Shown: in pieces, positions 39,523 through 50,357 of the stretch | Layout of the letters: every line of letters begins with the position of its first letter | How positions within the stretch are numbered: position 1 is the stretch's first letter | Source of the DNA: Octopus sinensis | Lineage: Eukaryota | Length of the DNA stretch: 57,453 nucleotides | Assembly (NCBI RefSeq): GCF_006345805.1 | Contig: NW_021833609.1 | Span: 1 to 57,453 of the forward strand | Reading direction: 5' to 3' | Notes under the pieces: generated by a model | Told to the model about the DNA's origin: nothing | Database searches by the model: none | Seen by the model: only the letters and a program-made list of their open reading frames with translations | Program-made: the position numbers and the translations under genes

Positions 39523-41388
39523 CATAGTTCTAGATAATTTTTGTGTGAGTGTGATAGTACACAAGAAGGTCCAGAGTAAGGTGAATGCAGCATATACTAC
39601 AAAAAGGAAGCTGAAGGAAGTTCTTCTTAGTTTGCTGCCCGGGAAGGTGGTTTCTGTGAGACAGAGCCAGTGAAACTTGATGTGCAACCGTGATAGCTAA
39701 TGTCCAGGGAACTGGAAATCACAGGATGCAAAAGTCAAGGTGTAAGAGCGTGCAATGTTGGCTGCTGAGACATAAGCAGTGCCAAGATTTTGCCTGCAAA
39801 ACATTGAGTTGTTTGCAGAGGCAAGGCTGTAGGTGCCAGAAAAGTGACAGTGACTAGCGAAGCGAGTCAAGCCATAAGGATGGTGGCAAAAGGGAGAAGT
39901 TCTGACATGCAAGAGACTTGGTGTTGATCAGGTGCCAGAGGAAGAAAGTGCATGGAATGCTACGTGATGCAAAGAGAAAAAATATATGCGTTTATAAGAG
40001 GTGGTTTGTGCGTCCTACAAACCAGAGAAGCGACATATGGCAAAAACACGTAAGGAGCTTGTTTACCGGATGAGAAAGGTTTGAGAAAAGCATTCAGCTG
40101 GAATAAACCTAGAAATGTGAGATTGGATAGCATGAGGCAGACTGCATGTATGTGTGTATGTATGCATGAACACTGAGCAGTAAAGTAATGTGCAAGTGTA
40201 ACTTCTGAAAGCATTGTGAAGCAACATCAATTGCAAAGTCTGATACAGTAACTTTCAGCAAGAGTTGAGCATCTAAGACTGAGTGTACAAGGTGAGGTGC
40301 TGAGTAGAGAAGAAATTGGAAGAGAAAAGCTCATGATGAGATACATGCAGAATGTTCAGTTTGTTGAAATTGTTCCAATGAATGCTGTTAAATGCCTGGT
40401 TGGTGAACAAAATGTCACATTTCTGATTACGAAGCTTTTTGAAGTGCTGTCCAGCTGTGAGGTGCTCAGAGTGACTGGAATTTGCTGTATAAGGCCACAA
40501 ATCCGGCTGCTGTACACAAGATGGAGCAGGAACGAGTCGAGATTAGTGGTGAGGTGGTGGTGGTGGTGTTTGCGTTGTAGTCAGGTACAAAGGCTGAGAC
40601 GGTGGCGGTGGTATTGGTGGTGTTGATGAGAATGCTGTTCTGCATGGCTGTCAAAGTCCAGCCACATGGAAAATTCGAGACAGGTGAATGCAATAGAAAA
40701 CTGTTGAGATCTGGCGTGCACATCCACTGCACATGCTCAGAGTGGTGATTGCATGGGAAGAACCAGTGAGGAAGATGAAGACGGACACCATGTCGGAAAT
40801 GCTCCGATGTGAAATTATTGGCAAAACGTTGACAGTTGACTTGGTGAGAGGGAATTGCTTCAAAGGAGATTATTTGAAGGAAGAATGCATATTCTGTTAG
40901 GTACGAGCTCAAAGTGAAGATGAATCCTAGAGGTTCACTTGAACAAAAGAAAATATCCTGATGTCGGGTCAACAGTTTGTAGTTGAGATGCGAGCAAAAA
41001 CTACGATTCTGAAAAGTGTATAATTACCATCTCTATACAGAGATGGTAATTATATACTTTTCAATTTTTAGTGCTCCCAAGAAGCAACAGGATTTCCCAT
41101 TAACACTCAGCTCTGAGTGTATTGCTTCCTGTTGCAAAAACAGCTGTAATCCAGTGAAAATGACTAGGAGAGTCCAGTTCCTTAATGCATATTCCAATCT
41201 AGTATTCGACTGACATTTTATTTTCAAGTGTATGTAAATTGAGGCCAAACAGCTAGTTTTAATGTAGCTATACTTAAGTGCTATATATATATATATATAT
41301 AGATAGATAGATACTAGCAGAGGCACTTGACATTGCCCGGGAATGAAATTGTTCCTTATATATGTGTGTGTGTGTGTGTTTGTGTGAA

Positions 41389-41702
41389 GGCACATGGCTT
41401 AGTGGTTAAGGCATTCAGCTCATGACTATAAGGTTGTGAGTTCGATTCCCGGTGACACGTGTCCTTGAGCAAGATGCTTTATTTCATGTTGCTCCAGTCC
41501 GCTCAGTTGGCAAAACTGAGTTGGACTTGTATTTCAAAGGGCCAGCCTTGTCACACTCTGTGTCACGCTGAATCTCCCTGAGAACTACGTTAGGGGTACA
41601 CGTGTCTGTGGATTGCTCAGTCACTTGCACGTTAATTTCACGAGCAAGCTGTTCCGTTGATCGCATCAGCTGGAACCATCGTTGTCGTAACAGACAGTGC
41701 TC

Positions 41703-41703
<1 letters not shown>
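41389..41703 (+). mobile_element. tRNA-derived SINE, family B
   Basis: A-box TGGCTTAGTGG, B-box GAGTTCGATTCC, then GTGTCCTTGAGCAAG...TGTTGCTCCAGTCC core. Confidence 0.7.
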
Positions 41704-41733
<30 letters not shown>

Positions 41734-41811
41734 CCGGAGTAAGCTCATAAATGTGAAACAAGGTGGAAGGTGGCAAAAAAGAGTACTTAAATACCAGAGG
41801 TAGAGTAATAT

Positions 41812-41975
41812 GCTTTATTTAAAAGCAGCAGGAATATAACAAATGCTGTTACTCAGTTTCACGTTCCCGTTCATCAGGCAGCTTTGTTAAAATTTTAACA
41901 AAACTGTCTGACGAACGGGAACGCGAAACTCTAAGTAACAGCTTTTGTTATATTTCTGCTGCTTTTAAATAAAGT
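41812..41975. ncRNA. ~164-bp palindrome carrying a minimal type I hammerhead ribozyme motif on each strand (Penelope-type)
   Basis: + strand: CTGT-CTGACGA-ACG GGAA CGC-GAAAC-TCTAA-GTA-ACAG (41904-41941). - strand: CTGC-CTGATGA-ACG GGAA CGT-GAAAC-TGA-GTA-ACAG (41881-41846). Activity not shown; each copy has one or two lesions. Confidence 0.6.
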
Positions 41976-42475
41976 ATATATATATGTATATACTTCAGAG
42001 GAAGTAGTTCAGCTAGTGGAATCAGACTTGGCTGATCTTGCTAACACTCCCTGATTTTGTTCCATGATAATACCATTTCCAAGAGAGAGATTCTCTTGGT
42101 GCAGTGCCAGTGAAACTATTTCACTAATCCCTGCTATGCCTATCAGTCATTTTAATAATCTTAGCTATTAAAAAAGAATGCCTAAGTCACTTAAATTTGC
42201 AACTTATTCTTTTGCCATATCAAAAGTAGTAAAATGCGAGAATTGTTAGAGCAACAGAAAAAATGCTTCACAGTATTTCTTCCGACTCATTTTGTTCTGA
42301 GTTCAAATTCTGTCAAGATCGACCTTGCCTTTAATCCTTTCAGGGTCAATAAAATAAGTACCAGTCAAGGAGTGTGAGTGATATAACTGACTTGACTTCT
42401 CCCCTCAAAATTACTGACATTGAAATTAGAATTGGTTATTCTGTGTTTATAGTTTCTTTCCTGAATTATAAATGA

Positions 42476-42870
42476 CTAGCAGTATCGCCCGGCGTTGCTC
42501 GGGTTTGTAAGGGAAATAACTACATAAGCATTTTTAGAGATGTAAAGTATAATAGCCATCTCAATATGGCTAACTACAAAGGTGGGTGTTACTGTAGCTT
42601 TTTACGTTCTGAGATTTAATAATAAATTTTTAGAGAGTTACTTCCCTTATATATGCCAAAAATGCATTAAAAATGGGAAAAATATGATGGTAAATTTTTT
42701 TTAAATCGTAGACTTATCGTAGACGCGCGCTAATACCCAGAAGGGCTCAATATGAATCACGACTATAAGATACCCGGTTTTGGTTAAACTGCACCGCAAA
42801 ACGTGGGAGTAGTTAGGAATCTAAATCGTAGGAGACAGACAGCACACAACCTCTCTTTTATATATAAAAA
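42476..42870 (-). mobile_element. Non-autonomous Helitron-like element
   Basis: A|CTAGCAGTATCGCCCGGCGTTGCTCGGG end; body shared with the 4810 and 48649 copies. Confidence 0.65.
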
Positions 42871-43146
42871 TATACTAGAGGAGAGTGAATGTTGCAATAA
42901 TACACTTATGAACATCTAATGTATAATACAGCTGTCAAGTTCTTTATTTGTTTAAGCTAGAATTTGAGACACATTATTGGTCAAATAAAGTAGTTAATAT
43001 CCAAATCACTGATTGCTATTTGATATTACTTACATAATGTTTTGAGATGATTATGAGTTAGCTACTCGAATTGTTAATCACTAGATATCAGGGAATGATT
43101 TATATACAATTTAGCATTTTATTTCAGATTGGCAAATCCTATACTA

Positions 43147-45543
43147 ATGAAGATGTTATCAGTGATACTGTTGGTGTTGTTAATGACTGAAAGCTGCTGG
43201 TGTGCGTATCATATCTACCGCATGAAAGAGAACAATGATATAAACAATTATATTGGAGATATTGTCACTGATATGCACTTACTGGATGATATACAGACTC
43301 AAGATGATAGAAGCAAACTGACATTTAAAATACTCCAGGGTAGTACTGATGGAAGTGTTCAGTTGTTTAATGTTACACCTGGAGGACAACTGTACACAGC
43401 TGCCATATTGGATGCAGAAACATTGTGCCAATACAATGTGGAATGCTTCAGGATTTTGGAAGTAGCAGTTCAACATGGCCATTCTGTTATCAAGATATTA
43501 GAAGTCAAAGTTATAATAGAAGATGTCAATGATAATTCTCCTATATTTCCAAATAAGGAATTTCAAGTGTCATTTGATGAAAGTGTGACCAAAGGAATCA
43601 AAGAAATCATTCCAAATGCGATTGATAACGATATTAGCTCTCGGAATTCTAAACTCAATTATCAACTGAAGGAAAATGAAAATGTTCCTTTTCAATTGGT
43701 TGTTTCTAAGTCACGTGGAACTGATTTATTGCAACTAATTTTAGAAGGTTCCTTAGACCGTGAGACAAAAGATATGTACAATATTCAGTTAATTGCCAAA
43801 GATCAAGGAACACCACCAAAGGAAGGTGTATTGGATATAAAAATATTAGTGGGAGATAAAAATGATAATTTTCCTGTTTTCTCCCAGAATATTTACAATG
43901 TCACTATAAATGATACATACCAGAGAAGCAAGCCTCTTGTTAAGGTCTCTGCATCAGACTTAGATAAAGGGGAAAATGGAAGAATTTCTTATGTCTTTAA
44001 TAATGTTAAAACACCTAAAAGGATAAAAGAAAGCTTTAAATTAGAGGAGGCAACAGGGGAGCTATTTTTGAAGAAAGAATTTAATTTTGGTGAGATTTAC
44101 GAGATATTTATTGATGCCAGAGATAATGGTAAACCACCTATGTCATCAACAGTCACAGTTTTTATAAATGGTGTCAGTCATCTTAACAATCCTCCCAAAA
44201 TTGATGTTAAATTTGTTATAAAGTCAACTGGAAACACAGCTGTCATCTCAGAAGGAACTCAAAATCAAAGTTTTGTTGCTTATGTCAAAGTTACCGACAA
44301 TGACAGTGGAGAAAATGGACAAGTGAAATGTCATTTACAAAATAGATATCTTCAGCTAATCTCAGAGTCTGAAAAGAAATACAAAATTATTGTCAAGAGT
44401 GAAATAGATAGAGAGAGTGAGAAGAGCTTTAATTTCACCATTAAATGTCAAGATAATGGTTTACCTCCATTGAAAGTAGAGAAACAGTTTTCTATGCTGG
44501 TCACTGACATAAATGATGTACAACCTCAGTTTAGTCAGGACATATTTAAGTTTCTCACCTATGAAAATGAACACAAAGACTTCCCTGTTGGATATGTCAA
44601 TGCCACAGACCCAGATATTGGAGATGGAGGACAATTAACCTATTCTCTATTATCTAATGGAAAAGATATTCTACCATTTCAGATATCTGATGTGGGATTC
44701 ATTTCCACAACTGAGTCCCTAGACAGAGAAGAAAAGAACCTGTATGAGTTTAAGGTTTTAGTAAAAGATAAAGGAACACCATCACTGGAGAAGAGAGCAA
44801 ATGTTGTTGTTGAGGTTATGGATTTAAATGATAATGCTCCCTATTTCAGTTTCCCTAATGTTGACCCTTTCAGTCTTAATGTCCACTACCATCCCCACTC
44901 TGACCAGGATATCACAGTTGTTAGGGCCTCTGACAGAGACAGCCAACACAATGCCTTCCTCACATATGAAATACTCAGAGGTAATGAGAAACACTTATTT
45001 CAAATGAACCATCACTCTGGTGTCTTATCTTTCTCTCGCTCACTTTACCAAAATGATGCTGGATTCTATGAACTGGAATTAGGTGTGAAAGACAGTGGCA
45101 GTCCAGTTCTGTCATCGACAACAACTTTGTCTTTGACTCTCACAGTTAGTAAGAACACATCAAAGATATTTAAGACCCCTTCAAAGACAACAACAGAATC
45201 AAGTAATGGTCTCCAATTGAATGTGATGATTGTTATTGTTGTAGCAGCTGTGATCGTATCAGTTGTCATAGTGATCTCTATATCAATCTGTATAGTTCAT
45301 AGGTTGAAGCAGACAAATAGAAACTATAATAGTAGTGTTGATATGTACCATGGTGTTATACCAGCATTAAATATGCAATCAAGATATATGTTTTATCCTG
45401 CTTGTGTTCCTCCTGGAGTTCAGTACACATTGGAGAGAAATGTGAAGAAATCTCAACAACCAATGGTAGACAGAGAAAATATTCACTGCTGGACTATGAC
45501 AAATGATAGACGGGTTGAACCAGCTTCAGTAAAACATCATCAG
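43147..45543 (+). CDS. Protocadherin gene D, large exon; CDS join(43147..45543,46053..46203,48082..48416), 960 aa (ATG 43153 is the start homologous to paralogs)
   Basis: Acceptor tttcag| at 43127, first in-exon ATG 43147. Six cadherin repeats + TM. Donor CAG|GTGAGA at 45543. Confidence 0.95.
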
Positions 45544-46052
45544 GTGAGATTTTTCAGTTATATTTTTAGAATTACTTTAAAAAAAAAAAGATGTCCTATA
45601 TCAGAATTTTTCCAAAATGTGAGTCAGTATAAATGACTTGTAGATAAACTCTTCCTTGAAGATGAGATATTTGACAAGCCCTGATCATTCTATTGCATTA
45701 GTCATTGATTTGTGTATAGATTGAAATGATTGGTTTTAAATTTTTTATACTTTATTGTTCACTGTTTCATTGATGTATATATCTTGTATAAATCAATATA
45801 GTCTTACAAAATTTTTAAATTATTAAATACCATCATCTGTAGTTTTTTTCTTCTTATTTCTATCTGTACTTTATAAGCATCACATACAGTGATGTATTAT
45901 TTTGTTTAATTTAATGTTTGTTGGCTGAAAATACTTTAATGGAACTTAGTAATATATGTCAGCTGCAGGTTTTGGCTTTACTCTTGAACTGTGTATTTGT
46001 TTTTTTTTTCTTTCTTCAAATTTTCTCTTCATTATAACGTCTCAAACTTTAG

Positions 46053-46203
46053 GTATTTCTCCCAAGAGAAGAAAGTTCATCTCCTGGTTACCAAGAGCTA
46101 AACAGACCTAACGAATTCAATGAGATATCAGCAATGTCCACTCATACTGATAGTGGGCATGACTGGGTTGTTGGTAGTGCTGATCACTATGAGGAACTGC
46201 CAG
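46053..46203 (+). CDS. Protocadherin gene D, 151-bp cytoplasmic exon
   Basis: tttag|GTATTTCTCCCAAGA...CCAG|gttagt. VFLPREESSSPGYQELNRPNEFNEISAMSTHTDSGHDWVVGSADHYEELP. Confidence 0.88.
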
Positions 46204-46231
46204 GTTAGTTAAAAATACTGACTCTCTCTTC

Positions 46232-46875
46232 AATAATAATAATAATGAAATTATTGTATACAGTGCTCAGGTGCACCACAACTTGTCAGATAGTGTGTAT
46301 AAAGTATATGCAGTAATGTACAAATGTCTGGAAAGTGAACAATGTATGAGTCAGATACATACTTGCGTGTGTATGGAGGGGAGAAAATCAGGTGTAGTGT
46401 TGGCGAATCTCAGAAAGCATGGAAGTTTTGAAGGATGCAGTGCTCCGACAACTAACAACTGATGCCGACAGTTTGTTCCATGCTTCAGCAACTCTTAGCG
46501 TGAAAAAATGTTTCCTAAAGTCATGGTAGCTGAGCTATTTTCTGACTTTGTAAACATGTCCACGGGTGTTAGACAGGTGATGTTTGAAAAGGTGCTCAGA
46601 GTTATTGTTTGTAAGATGGTTAATAATTTTATGGGTGTCTGCCAAGTCAGCTGCCAGACATTGGAGTCTCAATGTGTCCATGCCCAGGATAGTAAGGCGT
46701 TCAGAATATGGCAGATGCCTGATGGAGGGTATTCTCTTGGCTGCACGTCACTGAATGGCTTCCAGATGATTAATATCCTGTGCAAGATAGGGGTTCCAGA
46801 CCGGCGATGCAAATTCCAGGTGAGGTCGTACCATAGCTATATAAAGCCGCAGTTCGATTCTATGTTACGTAATAC
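46232..46875 (-). mobile_element. CR1-clade LINE 3' fragment in intron of gene D
   Basis: Minus strand reads VRPHLEFASPVWNPYLAQDINHLEAIQ*RAAKRIP..LPYSERLTILGMDTL; (AAT)n tail at 46232. Confidence 0.85.
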
Positions 46876-48081
46876 TAGTGATGGCTAAGTTCTTTTTGCT
46901 GCTCTTCATAAGAGCCAAAAGATATTTTCTTAAGTTCAAGACCCACAATATACATACATTTTAAAAGATATATTAAGTAAGAATACATATATACAGCCAC
47001 AGGTGAACTCACTGAATACTGATTGATTTCATCTCATTAAATGCATTTATTTTGTCATCATTTTTGTAGTTCTCAAAACCCAGCAGGTAGAATGTTTAAA
47101 GCATTCTTGAGTCACTCATAATTACTTTTTGGGCAGCATGTCTGAAGTGGTTAAGGTGTGTATCAGAATGTGTTGAGGTAAACAGATGTGATAGGCATGT
47201 GGATGCCTTCAAAGTGAACAAAGGAACAACATCTTTTTATAGTTTAAATGATTTATTTGTGGGACTTGCATTTGCTGGTGTAATGCATAAGTTTTCACTA
47301 CATCAGTTTGTTGCCAACTGCAATGAGCCAGCGAGGAATTCGACAATGTACATCTGTGGATATGCTAGGGTAAAAAGTGAATACTGTCTGTGTGTGTGTT
47401 GTTCATCAGAGAAAATACTGGTCAGCTATCTTATGCACTCTGAGTCCCAGATCTTTTCTATCTGTCCTTTTACTGACCAAGGTATTTATAACATATCGTG
47501 GCAGCTAGAAGGACAGATATACATTGTGCTTAAATAGGTCAGCTCCTGTCCATTTGATCTTCACCTGACATGGCTGAGGTCGAAGGGAGATGATCAATCT
47601 TTTTTTTTTGACAGGACGAAGAAAATTTCTTTCATGCTTGTTTGGTCAGTGGTGGTTCAGACAAGTGAGATTCCTCAGATTTGGTTTCGAATCTAAGCTT
47701 GGAGAAAGGAAGTGTTAATTTTTACATGTATCTTATGAGAAGCATTTTGACCACGACTGATAAATTTTGAAATAGTTAGACACTAAAAAGTCAAGAGGTT
47801 TACACAATCAGTCTACTAAATATATAAATAGTATTAATTCTAGTAATTTATTTTCCATATGATATTTTATTTATGAAATCATCATTTGTCTTTAGATATT
47901 TAATTTCTGTGCATACGGAAGACTGTCAGTGTTCTAAGTATCATAGAATATGCAGCCATAGTTTTAACAGGAATTAAGTAAATTTTTTAATAAATGGAAA
48001 ACTAATTTAGAAAAAATAGCTTCAGTGTAATTTTTATCAAATTCGTTTTTAATAACTTTTTAAAAATCGATCTACTTCCAG

Positions 48082-48416
48082 GTCTGTACTGTTATCAAAG
48101 TGACCATACGTGGAACAGGAGAAATCCACTTCCATGCACGCCCAGTGGTTCAAAGAGAGATAATAATGGATATCAACCTAATGGTGACAATATCACTGAT
48201 AACCAAATACCTTTGACTATATTTGATAATACATCTAAGATCACTGAACAACCATCTACTGTACCAATGACAAGTCACTTTACTTCGAACAGTAAACCAG
48301 CACTACCAGCTGTACCTAAAGCAACAGCACTACCAAAAGTACCTTCAATACCTCAGGTACCTTCAGTTTCCATAGTAAAAAATATGCACAGTAACTCTAC
48401 GGAAACACTGTATTAA
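48082..48416 (+). CDS. Protocadherin gene D, terminal exon
   Basis: ttccag|GT CTG TAC TGT. GLYCYQSDHTWNRRNPLP...PALPAVPKATALPKVPSIPQVPS...ETLY*. Confidence 0.88.
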
Positions 48417-48648
48417 TATAAGCATCTTATAAGTTGTCTTCACAACTTACATAATGAAAATAATACAAAAATCAATAGAATATTCCTCTAAACATATTTT
48501 ATAATACAAGGATTCTTTTTATTTGGATTGACATGTTAGTGGTCAATATATATCACATACAACTACATAATTCACTTATTTTGGTAATCTCCTTCCCATA
48601 CTCTTGAAATACACTGATATATTTCACCTAGTATACTTTTGGTTGTTA

Positions 48649-49046
48649 TCTTTATATATAAAAGTGAGGTTGTGTGCTGTCTGTCTCCTACGATTTAGAT
48701 TCCTAACTACTCCCACATTTTGCGGTGCAGTTTAACCAAAGCCGGGTATCTTATAGTCGTGATTCATATCGAGCCCTTCTGGGTATTAGTGGGCGTCTAC
48801 AATGAGTCTACGATTTTAAAAATAATTTACCATCATTTTTTTCCATTTTTAATGCATTTTTTCGCTATTATATAAGGGAAGTAACTCTCTAAAAATGTCT
48901 ACGATGAGTCAACGATTTAAAAAAAATTTACCATTTTTTTCCATTTTTAATGCATTTTTTTTGCTATTTTTTGGCTATAACTCTCTAAAAATGCTTATAT
49001 AGTTATGTCCCTTACAAACCCGAGCAACGCCGGGCGATACTGCTAG
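48649..49046 (+). mobile_element. Non-autonomous Helitron-like element
   Basis: A|TCTTTATATATAA start, ends CCCGAGCAACGCCGGGCGATACTGCTAG|T. Confidence 0.7.
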
Positions 49047-49051
49047 TATAT

Positions 49052-49438
49052 AATATAATAATAATTAAATTATTGTATACAGTGCTCAGGTGCACCACAA
49101 CTTGTCAAAAGTGCATATAAAGCACATGTAGTAATGTACAAATGTCTGGAAAGTGAATAGTGTATGAGTCAGATACATGCTTGCGTGTGTATGGAGGGGA
49201 GAAAATCAAGTGTAGTGTTGGCGAATCTCAGAAAGCATGGAAGTTTTGAAGGATGCAGTGCTCCGACAACTAACAACTGATGCCGGCAGTTGTTCCACGC
49301 TTCAGCAACTCTCAGCGTGAAAAAATGTTTCCTGAAGTCATGGGAGCTGTGCTGTTTTCTGACTTTGTAAATATGTCCACTGGTGTTAGACAGGTGGAGT
49401 TTGAAAAGGTGCTCAGAGTTATTGTTTGTAAGATGGTT
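49052..49438 (-). mobile_element. CR1-clade LINE 3' fragment
   Basis: Same family as 53-560 and 46232-46875. Confidence 0.8.
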
Positions 49439-49577
49439 GAATGTTTCAGCTATCATATCATCCAGTATTCATCACATGTCTGTCATATTCAGGAAGGTAT
49501 ATAGGCTTAGATTCTTTTTTTTTATTTTGTTGTCCACTCCAGGAATATTTTGTATTTGATGTATTCTATGGATTTGT

Positions 49578-49900
49578 GGAGGCGCCATGGCCCAGTGGTT
49601 AGGGCAGCGGACTCGCGGTTGGAGGATTGCGATTTCGATTCCTAGGCCGGGCGTTGTATGTGTTTATTGAGCGAAAACACCTAAAAGCTCCCCAAGGCTC
49701 CGGCAGGGTGTGGTGGCGACCCCTGTTGTACTCTTTTGCCCGAACTTTCTCTCACTCTCTCTTCCTGTTTCTTGAGTAACGCTGCGATGGACTGGTGTCC
49801 CGTCCAGCTGGGGGGGGGAACAAATACACCACAGAAACCGGGAAACCGGGCCCACGAGCCTGGCTAGGCTTGAAAAGGGCACATAAATAAATAAAAAAAA
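49578..49900 (+). mobile_element. tRNA-derived SINE family C with V-SINE-like core
   Basis: A-box TGGCCCAGTGG, B-box-like TTTCGATTCC, core CTGCGATGGACTGGTGTCCCGTCCAG (49782-49807) resembling the V-domain (from memory of the family), A-rich tail. Confidence 0.65.
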
Positions 49901-50357
49901 ATTGCATGAATTTACTAAAGGCTTGAGTTTGAAATTCTGGAGATGACATTGAATATGCTAGGTTCCTGAAGAAGGCCAGGGGCTGCAATGAGCAAATTGC
50001 AATCACTATAACATCAAATATATTGACATTACTCTGGGCAGAAATTCACACAAAAATATAAGAAATGGACTTTAATGAATACACTGACTATTTTTTAATT
50101 AGCCATTAAAGATACACAGAGATTTTCAGACAGAAAATATGCTGGCTCATCAAATAGCCTGAAGAAGAAAATTTGAGTCTATTTGTAGAAATGTGATGAT
50201 AGACATTATCTTGATAGTAATATTTAAGGATTTATATTAGATTAGTTTTCATTAAAGCATCGAAGCATAAAGAATTCTTCTTACTTTGTTATAAATGAAA
50301 TAATTCCTAATCTTTAGAATGTGAAGCAAATAAAGAATTAAAATATATGAATTAATT

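Noticed and set aside
47199-47537. 112-aa ORF in gene D intron 2
   Set aside because: No recognisable motif or paralogous counterpart; probably a decayed repeat.
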